Assembly: GCA_963784675.1 (NCBI GenBank)
Contig: CAWASE010000013.1
Location: 226,660-290,659, forward strand
From: an uncultured Actinomycetes bacterium
Lineage (GTDB): Bacteria > Actinomycetota > Actinomycetes > Mycobacteriales > SCTD01
DNA length: 64,000 bases
Direction: 5' to 3'
In this document: positions 30,754 through 39,452 of the stretch, piece by piece
How positions within the stretch are numbered: the stretch's first letter is position 1
Layout: every line of letters begins with the position of its first letter
Position numbers and translations under genes: made by a program
Notes under the pieces: model-generated
Told to the model about the DNA's origin: nothing
Seen by the model: only the letters and a program-made list of their open reading frames with translations
Databases searched by the model: none

Positions 30754-32133
30754 ATGGCCCTGATGCCCATCACCGACTCGATGTTCATGCTGCCCGAGTC
30801 GCGCGAGCAGCCCATGCACGTCGGCGGGCTCCAGCTGTTCGACCTGCCGCCCGGCGCCGACAAGCACTGGCTCGGCGACCTGTACCGGCAGGCCATCCAG
30901 AGCGACGAGGTCGACCCGGTCTTCCGGCGGCGGCCGCACCGGTCGGCCCTGACGCTCGGTCAGTGGACCTGGCAGGACGAGCCCGGCATCGACCTCGAGC
31001 ACCATGTGCGGCACTCGGCGCTGCCGGAGCCGGGTCGCGTCCGCGAGCTGCTGGCGCTCACCTCCCGCCTGCACGGGACCCTGCTGGACCGGAAGCGGCC
31101 GCTGTGGGAGGCGCACCTCATCGAGGGGCTGGAGGGCGACCGCTTCGCCGTCTACATCAAGCTGCACCACGCCCTGATGGACGGGGTCTCGGCGCTGGCC
31201 CTGCTGCAGCGCAGCCTCACCACCGACCCGGACGACCGCAGCGTGCCTGGGCCGTGGGCGCCACGCTCGGTCGAGCGGGCTCGGCGGAGCTCGGGCCCGC
31301 TGTCCGCGCTCTCGGTGCCCCTGTCGATGCCGCGCCTGGCGCTCGGGATGGCGGGCGACGTGGTCGGGCTGGTGCCGACGCTGGCCCGGCTCGCCAGCGA
31401 CGCGCTGCGCTCGCAGACGACGGCGCTCCCGATGCAGGCGCCCCGCTCGATGTTCAACGTCGGCATCACGGGCAGCCGTCGCTTCGCCGCCGAGTCGTGG
31501 TCCATCGAGCGCATCAAGCGCGTGGCGAAGGCCGCCGACGCCACCCTCAACGACGTCGTGCTGGCGATGTGCAGCGGCGCCCTGCGCGCCTACCTGCTCG
31601 ACCTGGACGCCCTGCCGGACAGCCCGCTCATCGCCATGACCCCGGTGTCGCTGCGCAACGAGGACACCCCCGAGCACAGCAACGCCGTCGGCACGATCCT
31701 GTGCAACCTCGCGACCGACCTGGAGAACCCCGGGGCCCGGCTGGTGGCCGTGCGGGCCTCGATGCTGCAGGGCAAGGCCGTGCTGGCGGGCCTGAACCAG
31801 AACCAGGTCACGGCGCTGTCGGCGGTGGTGATGGCGCCGCTGCTGCTCAACTCCGTGCTGGCGCTGCACCGGGTGTCGCCCCCGCCGTTCAACCTGGTCA
31901 TCTCCAACGTGCCCGGCCCGAAGGACCCGCTCTACTGGAACGGCGCGCGGCTGCGCGGTACCTATCCGCTGTCCATCCCGCTGGACGGCCAGGCGCTGAA
32001 CATCACGCTGACCAGCTACGACGGCCAGCTGCACGTCGGGCTGATCGGGTGCCGTCGCACCGTGCCGCGGCTGCAGACGCTGCTGGTGCACCTCGAGCAG
32101 GCGCTCCAGGAGCTGGAGAGCGTCGTGCTCTGA
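30754..32133 (+). CDS. wax ester synthase/diacylglycerol acyltransferase (WS/DGAT)
   Basis: Active-site HHALMDG and the N-terminal sequence PMHVGGLQLF, which I recognise as typical of this family. Confidence 0.85.
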   Translation: MALMPITDSMFMLPESREQPMHVGGLQLFDLPPGADKHWLGDLYRQAIQSDEVDPVFRRRPHRSALTLGQWTWQDEPGIDLEHHVRHSALPEPGRVRELLALTSRLHGTLLDRKRPLWEAHLIEGLEGDRFAVYIKLHHALMDGVSALALLQRSLTTDPDDRSVPGPWAPRSVERARRSSGPLSALSVPLSMPRLALGMAGDVVGLVPTLARLASDALRSQTTALPMQAPRSMFNVGITGSRRFAAESWSIERIKRVAKAADATLNDVVLAMCSGALRAYLLDLDALPDSPLIAMTPVSLRNEDTPEHSNAVGTILCNLATDLENPGARLVAVRASMLQGKAVLAGLNQNQVTALSAVVMAPLLLNSVLALHRVSPPPFNLVISNVPGPKDPLYWNGARLRGTYPLSIPLDGQALNITLTSYDGQLHVGLIGCRRTVPRLQTLLVHLEQALQELESVVL

Positions 32134-32163
32134 CCGAGGTCGGCGGTCGGCTCGCACGCACGG

Positions 32164-32191
32164 ACGGCCGGTCCCTCGCGGGACCGGCCGT
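32164..32191. terminator. bidirectional stem-loop terminator between convergent genes
   Basis: A perfect 12-bp stem, acggccggtccc-tcgc-ggggaccggccgt read as acggccggtccc / gggaccggccgt. No U-tract, as I would expect for a high-GC actinobacterial terminator. Confidence 0.6.
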
Positions 32192-32205
32192 CGACGTGGA
32201 GGTGC

Positions 32206-32898
32206 TCAGGCGTTCGCGACCGTGGCCTGGCTCGGCGTCTGGACCGAGGTCGGTGACTGCTGCGGCGAGGGGGTCGTCGCCGCGTCGGTGTCGGGGCCGG
32301 GCCCGTCCCCGTGCTTGCTGGCGGGGCCGTGCCCGCCTCCGTGGTGGCCGCGACCGCCCCGCGGCGGTCCGGTCCGATCGACCCGGTCCGCCACCTCTGC
32401 GGCGAGACCGGCCTTGCGGGCGTCGGCCTGCGCCTGCGTGAGACGACCCGCGGCGACCGCCTCGGTCAGCCGCTGCTGGCCGGCGGCGACGAGCGAGTCG
32501 ATCAGGGCCTGCTTGGCGACGCCGTGAGCAGCAGCCACCTGGGCCAAGGTCTTGCCGGACTGCAGCTCGGTGCGCAGCTGGGCCGGCGTCAGGCCGAGCA
32601 GGTCGGCGATCTCCTGGGCGCCGGCTTCCCGTCCGCCGGGTCCGGCGGCGCGCTGGTCTCCGGCGGCGCGCTGGGGCGGCGTCGCCTGCAAGGTGCTCGC
32701 GACCTTGTCGGCCTGCGCCTGGGTGAGGGTGCCGTCGGTGACGAGACCCTTGAGGGCGTCCGTCAGCGCCGACAGCCGGCCGCCCACGCCCGATCCGGGG
32801 TCGGCCTGAGCGGCAGCGGGCAGCAGCACGGCCCCGGCCAGCCCGAGGGAGCCGGCCAGGGCGGTGCCGGCGACCGTGGTCACGAGGCGCTTGCGCAT
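32206..32898 (-). CDS. secreted LTxxQ-motif protein with Gly/His-rich tail (paralog of 39453-40115)
   Basis: The ATG at 32898 is preceded by GGAGGA. Signal peptide ...LLPAAAQA-DPG. Motifs TLTQAQADKV, GLTPAQLRTEL and RLTQAQADAR. The tail reads PPRGGRGHHGGGHGPASKHGDGPGPD. Confidence 0.7.
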   Translation of the reverse strand: MRKRLVTTVAGTALAGSLGLAGAVLLPAAAQADPGSGVGGRLSALTDALKGLVTDGTLTQAQADKVASTLQATPPQRAAGDQRAAGPGGREAGAQEIADLLGLTPAQLRTELQSGKTLAQVAAAHGVAKQALIDSLVAAGQQRLTEAVAAGRLTQAQADARKAGLAAEVADRVDRTGPPRGGRGHHGGGHGPASKHGDGPGPDTDAATTPSPQQSPTSVQTPSQATVANA

Positions 32899-32961
32899 GG
32901 GTCCTCCGTCGTCAGGGCCCGCGTCGTCGCGGGCGCTCTGGCGTCCACTGTGGCCGCGCAC

Positions 32962-32990
32962 CCTGTGACGCGGCTGTGACGGGCCTGTGA
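32962..32990 (-). promoter_or_regulatory. three 11-nt-phased PhoP-box-like heptamers (TCACAGG, TCACAGC, TCACAGG on the minus strand)
   Basis: The + strand reads cctgtgacgcggctgtgacgggcctgtga. The heptamer T residues are at 32990, 32979 and 32968. The element lies 63 nt upstream of the ATG at 32898, in the same orientation as the gene. Confidence 0.55.
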
Positions 32991-33006
32991 GTGCGGTGCC
33001 GGTCGC

Positions 33007-33956
33007 TCACAGGGCCCGCGGCGCCCACGCGACCGCTGCCGCCGCGGCGCCGACCGTGGCCAGCAGCGCGAGCCCGGCCGCTGGCGCGCCGACCGGCTGT
33101 CGTTCGGTGGTGGTCCCGAGACTGCTGCCGATGTCGGCATAGACCGCGGTGAGCTGCTCGCCGTCGGCCGCCTCGTACGCGCTGCCGTCGGTGCCGGCGG
33201 CGAGCTGGGCGAGGGCGGGGGCGTCGACCGGGACGCCGCAGGGACCGCCGGTCGACGGTGACGGTGCCCTGCTGGGTGCCGTACGCGATGGTCGAGACGG
33301 GGACGTGCGCCGCCGTGGCCAGGGCCGCCGCGGCGTCGATGCTGCGGCCGGCGGTGTTCGCGCCGTCGGACAGCAGGACGATGTGCGCGGGGACCGGGTC
33401 GCCGCCACCAGGGACGGCGTCGACGGCCGACAGGGAGGCTGCGACGGCTTCGCCGACGGCGGTGCCGTTGCCCGAGCCGCAGCGGTGCCGATGGCCCGCT
33501 CGACAGCGAGGTGCTCCTGCGTGGCGGGGACGACGACGGCGGCGGTGCCGGAGAAGGCGACCAGGCCGACGTTGAAGCGCGCAGGCAGCCCGTCGACGAA
33601 GGACTGGGCGGCCGCCTTGGCGGCGGTGAAGCGGTCCGGAGCGACATCGGTCGCCGCCATCGACAGCGAGACGTCCAGGGCCACCACGACGGTGGCCCGC
33701 TCGCGTGGCACCTGGACCTCGGCGGACGGGTCGGCGAACGCCGCCGTCGACCCGGCCAGCGCCGTCAGCACCAGAGCCGCGCCGGACGTGCCGGCGCCAG
33801 CCGAGCCGGGGCGCGACCGACGCAGCAGGTCCAGGCCGGTGAGCCGGACGGCATAGCGGCTGCGCCGGCGTTGCGCGAGCACGTACGCCGCGCCGAGGGC
33901 GACGACGACGAGAGCAGCCAGAGCCGCCCGGGATGGTCGAAGACGAGCCCGGTCAT
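33007..33956 (-). pseudogene. VWA domain-containing protein (BatA-like), reading frame broken about 3 times
   Basis: MTGLVFDHPGRLWLL..., MIDAS VVVALDVSLSMAATDVAPDRFTAAK, FNVGLVAFSG, then GNGTAVGEAV...HIVLLSDGANTAG...VSTIAYGT in another frame, then VPVDAPALAQLAAGTDGSAYEA back in the first. It is collinear with the intact paralog at 35975-36949. Frame changes lie near 33905, 33485 and 33253. Confidence 0.6.
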
Positions 33957-34891
33957 GCCGCACCCGCCCGGACGCGCGGCGCCGCGGGTGCGGCGCCGGA
34001 CGGTGAGGAAACGGGCGAGCTGCGGGAGCCAGTCGGTCGTCGGTCAGCACGACCAGGTGCCCGGCGCCGGCGCGCGTACCGCCTGGCGCTGCGCGCTCGC
34101 CCGCTCTGCGGCCGCGGCGGCATAGCGCGCACGCGTCCGGGCGTCCGTGCGCAGGGTGACCCCGGCCCCGCCGGTCCGGGATCGGCGAGCTCAGGACGCC
34201 GACCGCGGGCAGGCTCGAGCTCGCGGCGGTCGACGACCTGGGCGACGAGCGACGTCGTGCCGGGCGGCGAGCAGCCGCAGCGGGCGCGCCAGTCTCGACC
34301 GGGTCGAGCAGGTCGCTGACCACGACCACCATGCCGCGGCGGCGCGGGCGGGCGACCACCGCCCGCGGGCCGGCGGCGAGGTCGAGGGGGCCCTCGCGGT
34401 GCGACGCGGGGCTGGCGCAGCAGCGCCGGACGAGCGCGCGTGGACCCGGCGCGTCCGGCGCGGGCCGGCAGCGTGGCGCACGGCGTGCCCGTCGACCACC
34501 AGGGCCCCGACGCGGTCGCCGGGCCGGGTGCCCAGGTGCAGGAACGCCGCGGCGAGCGCCAGCGCGACCTCGCGCTTCTCCGCGGTGGCCGTCCCGAAGG
34601 ACATGGACGCGGAAAGGTCTACCAGCACGGTGGTCTCGAGCTCCCGCTCGGCCACGGTCATCCGTACGTGCGGGGTCGTGCTGCGGGCGGTCACGGCCCA
34701 GTCGATGCGGCGGACGTCGTCACCGGGTGCATAGGCGCGGGCCTCGGCGGCCTCGGTACCGGGCCCCGGCAGAGAGCCCAGGTGGTCGCCCTGCACGAGC
34801 CCGTCCAACCGTCGGGAGACGTCGTACGGGAGCCGGCGCAGCCGGGCGGGCGCGGCGAGAGGGGGCGGCGGCAAGGCCGTCGGCGCGCCTC

Positions 34892-34895
<4 letters not shown>
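33953..34895 (-). pseudogene. DUF58 domain-containing protein, reading frame broken many times
   Basis: The ATG at 34895 sits in an ATGA overlap with the inferred moxR stop. YAPGDDVRRIDWAVTARS...TVLVDLSASM is in one frame. RRRGMVVVVSDLLDP, WARPLRLLAARHDV, LVAQVVDRRELE, LPAVGVL, ELADP, GVTLRTDARTRARYAAAAAERA, HLVVLTDD and DWLPQLARFL are scattered over all three frames, indicating at least 8 indels. Confidence 0.55.
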
Positions 34896-35936
<1,041 letters not shown>

Positions 35937-35974
35937 GGTGCGGACTCCTTGCAAGAGGGACGGGACGGGACAGG

Positions 35975-36949
35975 TCAGACCAGGCGCGAGAACCACGCCA
36001 GGGACAGGGCAGAGCCGGCAGCGAGCAGGGCGAGCGCGCCGCCGGCGAACAGGTCGGCCAGGTCGGTGCGCCGGGTCAGCTGCACCAGCTGGGAGGTGAT
36101 GTCGTCGTAGGTGGCGCGCAGCTGCTCGGCCGAGGCAGCGGTGTAGGCGGTCCCGCCGGTCTCGGCGGCGACCTGCGCGAGGGCCTCGCTGTTGACGGGC
36201 ACCTGGTAGGTGATGCCGTTCGCGACCACGATCCCGCCGGGGGTGCCGTAGGCGATCGTCGAGACGGGGACGCCGGCGGTCTGCACCGCCGTGGTGGCGT
36301 CCGGGAGCGGCGTGCCGATCGTGCTGTCTCCGTCGGAGAGCAGCACGATGCGACCGGCTCTGGAGAGGTCGGCCTGCGGCAGCGCCGAGGCGACCGCGTC
36401 CAGCGAGGTGAGCAGGGCGTCGCCGGCCGCGGTGCCGCCGGACATCGTCAACCCGTCGACGGCCCGGGCCACCTGCTCGTGCTCGGCGGTGGGCGCGGCG
36501 ACGAGGGTGACGGCGGCGTCGTAGGACACCAGCCCCACGTCGACGTCGGCCGGCAGGTCGCGGACGAAGGCCTTGGCCGCGGCGGTCGCGGCAGTGAACC
36601 GGTCCGGGGCGACGTCGGTCGCCATCATCGAGGAGCTGGTGTCCAGGGCGACCAGGACGACGGCCCGCTCGGTGGCGTGGTCGGCGAGCACCTGCGGTCG
36701 GGCGAAGGCGGTCGTCAGGGCGAGGACCGCGAGGACCAGCCCGCCGGCCGCGACCGGCCGTCGCCAGCCGGGCCGGTGCGGCGCGACGGACGGCAGCAGG
36801 GCGGCCTCGGCGTACTGCTCGCTCCCGCGCCGGTGCCTCCACCGGACGAGCAGGCCGACGACCCCGGCTACCGCCAGGACCGCGAGCAGCCACAGCCGGC
36901 CGGGGGCGTCGAAGCGGAAGTCGGCGGCAGCGAAGGTGTGAGCGTCCAT
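35975..36949 (-). CDS. VWA domain-containing protein (BatA-like), intact
   Basis: MDAHTFAAADFRFDAPGRLWLL, TM segments, MIDAS VVLVALDTSSSMMATDVAPDRF, VGLVSYD, GGTAAGDAL, IVLLSDGDST, and a C-terminal TM. Confidence 0.8.
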   Translation of the reverse strand: MDAHTFAAADFRFDAPGRLWLLAVLAVAGVVGLLVRWRHRRGSEQYAEAALLPSVAPHRPGWRRPVAAGGLVLAVLALTTAFARPQVLADHATERAVVLVALDTSSSMMATDVAPDRFTAATAAAKAFVRDLPADVDVGLVSYDAAVTLVAAPTAEHEQVARAVDGLTMSGGTAAGDALLTSLDAVASALPQADLSRAGRIVLLSDGDSTIGTPLPDATTAVQTAGVPVSTIAYGTPGGIVVANGITYQVPVNSEALAQVAAETGGTAYTAASAEQLRATYDDITSQLVQLTRRTDLADLFAGGALALLAAGSALSLAWFSRLV

Positions 36950-37037
36950 GGCCAGAACGGTGCGGCGCGGTCCTGGCACCGACCTGCGCACCGGCTGGAC
37001 GTCCGCTGTGCACTCCCGCGGCTACCGTGCGACGGGC

Positions 37038-37077
37038 TCACAGCAAGCTCACAGCAAAGGCCCAGACTGGTGACAGG
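37038..37077 (+). promoter_or_regulatory. PhoP-box direct repeats in the divergent promoter (TCACAGC-N4-TCACAGC, plus in-phase GCCCAG and TGACAGG)
   Basis: Read directly: gcTCACAGCaagcTCACAGCaaaggcccagactggTGACAGGcc. The heptamers start at 37038, 37049, (37060) and 37071. The element lies 66 nt upstream of the RR ATG and 89 nt from the vwa1 ATG. Confidence 0.65.
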
Positions 37078-37142
37078 CCACCGCCAGACGATGGTGCGGC
37101 AGGCCGGGGACCCGGCGGCGAACCGCGTACCGAGGAGCTCGC

Positions 37143-37877
37143 ATGACCACCGCCACCCGCCCGGACAGCGAAGCCCGGCTGCTCGTCGTGGACGACGAGC
37201 CCAACATCCTGGAGCTGTTGTCGGTGAGCCTGCGCTTCGCTGGCTTCGACGTCGCGACGGCGACGAACGGCGTGGACGCCCTGAACCGGGCGCGCGAGTT
37301 CCGTCCCGAGCTGATGGTGCTCGACGTGATGATGCCCGGCATGGACGGGTTCGAGGTGGCCCGGCAGCTGCGCAGCACCGGCGACCAGGTGCCGGTGCTG
37401 TTCCTGACCGCCAAAGACGCCACCGAGGACCGTGTGCAGGGCCTGACCCTGGGCGGCGACGACTACGTCACCAAGCCGTTCAGCCTGGAGGAGGTCGTGG
37501 CCCGCATCCGCGCGGTGCTGCGTCGCACCGGCGGAGCGGCCGCACCGGACCCCGTCCAGAGCCGCTCGCGACTGTCCTACGCCGACATCGTCCTGGACGA
37601 CGACACGCACGAGGTGTGGAAGGGGGAGCAGGAGGTCGACCTGTCCCCGACGGAGTTCAACCTGCTGCGGTACCTGCTGCAGAACCCGGGTCGGGTGCTG
37701 TCCAAGCGGCAGATCCTCGAGCACGTCTGGAACTACGACTTCGGTGGTGACGGCAACGTCGTGGAGTCCTACATCTCCTACCTGCGCCGCAAGGTCGACA
37801 CCGCCGAGCCCCGGCTGCTGCACACGGTGCGCGGGGTCGGCTACGTCCTGCGGCTGCCGAAGTCGCCGGGCGCGTGA
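37143..37877 (+). CDS. phoP: OmpR/PhoB-family response regulator, closest in my reading to M. tuberculosis PhoP (Rv0757)
   Basis: ARLLVVDDEPNILELLSVSLRFAGFDVATATNG...MVLDVMMPGMDGFEV...LTLGGDDYVTKPFSLEEVVARIRAVLRR...LSPTEFNLLRYL...NVVESYISYLRRKVD...LHTVRGVGYVLR. This is near-collinear with Mtb PhoP as I remember it. GAGGAG RBS. Confidence 0.8.
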   Translation: MTTATRPDSEARLLVVDDEPNILELLSVSLRFAGFDVATATNGVDALNRAREFRPELMVLDVMMPGMDGFEVARQLRSTGDQVPVLFLTAKDATEDRVQGLTLGGDDYVTKPFSLEEVVARIRAVLRRTGGAAAPDPVQSRSRLSYADIVLDDDTHEVWKGEQEVDLSPTEFNLLRYLLQNPGRVLSKRQILEHVWNYDFGGDGNVVESYISYLRRKVDTAEPRLLHTVRGVGYVLRLPKSPGA

Positions 37878-39352
37878 GCCCCGGCCCGGACGTCGCTCCG
37901 AGGACGGGGCGGCTCTCGCGGGTGCCGCTGCGCACCCAGCTCGTGGCCCTGCTGCTCGGCACCGTCGCCCTGGTCGTCGCGCTGACCAGCGTCGCGGGCA
38001 GCGTCGCCCTGCACGACTACCTGGTGAACCGCATCGACGTGCAGCTCGCCGCGGCGCTCGAGGATCCCGGCGGCCCCGGCGGTGCCGGGTTCGGGCGACC
38101 GCGTCGCGGTGGGGGGCCCGACGAGGGCGGCCGGGACGTCGCCGTCACGACCCTCGACTACGACGCCGAGGGGCGGCTGTCCCCCCGCGACGTCGCTGAG
38201 CTCGCTGCCTTCGGCGGGCCGGAGGTCGACGACCCGACGGCGCTGCCCGACGGGCCCTCCGACGTGCCCGCCGTCTCCGGTGCCGGCAGCTGGCGGGTGC
38301 TGGCCGGCGACGGCTCGCGCACCGGCGGGGTCCGCGTGGTCGCCGTGTCGCTGGACGGGGTGCGCGACACCGGCTCGCAGCTGCTGCTCATCAACGCTGC
38401 CGTCGGCCTGATCGCCTTGGCCGGGGCGGGCGTGCTGGCGTGGGCCGCGGTGCGCCGCAGCCTCGCGCCGCTGGTGTCGGTGGAGGAGACCGCCGAGGCG
38501 ATCGCGGCAGGAGACCTGACCCGTCGGGTCCGCGAGGGAGACCCGCGCACCGAGGTCGGCTCGCTCGCTGCCTCTTTCAACAGCATGGTCGACCGCTTCG
38601 AGAGCGCGTATTCGGCCCAGCAGCAGTCGGAGTCGGCGGCGCGCGCGTCGGAGGAGCGGATGCGTCGTTTCGTCGGCGACGCCAGCCACGAGCTGCGCAC
38701 GCCGTTGACGTCCATCCGCGGGTTCGCCGAGCTCTTCCGGCAGGGAGCGGCGCGCGAGCCCGAACAGCTCGCCCGGGTGATGCGTCGCATCGAGGACGAG
38801 GCAGCCCGGATGGGGCTGCTGGTCGAGGACCTGCTGCTGCTCGCGCGGCTGGACCAGCAACGGCCGCTGCGACAGGAGACGGTCGACCTGCTGTCGGTCG
38901 TGGCCGACGTCGTGCACGACGCGGCGACGGTGTACGAGGACCACACCGTGCGCCTGGTCGCCCCCACCGGGCCGGGGCTGCCGGAGGTCGTCGGCGACGA
39001 CCCGCGGCTGCGGCAGGTGTTCAGCAACCTGGTCACCAACGCCGTCACGCACACCGCTCGCGGGACCACGGTCGACGTCGCGCTGCACGCCGACCACGTC
39101 ACCGTCACCGTCACCGTCACCGACGACGGAGCCGGCATGGCCCCGGACGTCGCGGAGCGCGTGTTCGAGCGGTTCTACCGCGCCGACGCCTCCCGCTCGC
39201 GCACGGCGCCGCAGGCCAGCGGCAGCGGCCTGGGCCTGTCCATCGTGGCTGCCCTGGTGGCGGCGCACGGGGGCAGCGTCGAGGTCACCAGCACGGTCGA
39301 CGTCGGTACGTGCTTCCTGGTGCGGCTGCCGGCCCGGCCCGTCCAGGACTGA
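37874..39352 (+). CDS. phoR: sensor histidine kinase (PhoR-like: TM-loop-TM, HAMP, HisKA, HATPase_c)
   Basis: GTGA overlap with the RR gene. Two TM segments flank an extracytoplasmic loop of about 150 aa. H-box RRFVGDASHELRTPLTSIRGFAELFRQGAA. DDGAGM and GSGLGLSIV. Confidence 0.8.
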   Translation: MSPGPDVAPRTGRLSRVPLRTQLVALLLGTVALVVALTSVAGSVALHDYLVNRIDVQLAAALEDPGGPGGAGFGRPRRGGGPDEGGRDVAVTTLDYDAEGRLSPRDVAELAAFGGPEVDDPTALPDGPSDVPAVSGAGSWRVLAGDGSRTGGVRVVAVSLDGVRDTGSQLLLINAAVGLIALAGAGVLAWAAVRRSLAPLVSVEETAEAIAAGDLTRRVREGDPRTEVGSLAASFNSMVDRFESAYSAQQQSESAARASEERMRRFVGDASHELRTPLTSIRGFAELFRQGAAREPEQLARVMRRIEDEAARMGLLVEDLLLLARLDQQRPLRQETVDLLSVVADVVHDAATVYEDHTVRLVAPTGPGLPEVVGDDPRLRQVFSNLVTNAVTHTARGTTVDVALHADHVTVTVTVTDDGAGMAPDVAERVFERFYRADASRSRTAPQASGSGLGLSIVAALVAAHGGSVEVTSTVDVGTCFLVRLPARPVQD

Positions 39353-39367
39353 CAGCCGGGTCACAGC
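39350..39367 (+). promoter_or_regulatory. PhoP-box-like direct repeat TGACAGC-N4-TCACAGC
   Basis: It starts at the phoR stop codon and lies 86 nt upstream of the ATG at 39453. The spacing is 11 nt, and the orientation is the same as at the phoP promoter. Confidence 0.45.
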
Positions 39368-39452
39368 AGCAGCGGGGACTCCTGCCAGCCGGGAGGACGA
39401 GGTTGATGACATCGCAGGCCGACCAGGCCCGCCCCGCTCCCAGGAGAACCTC

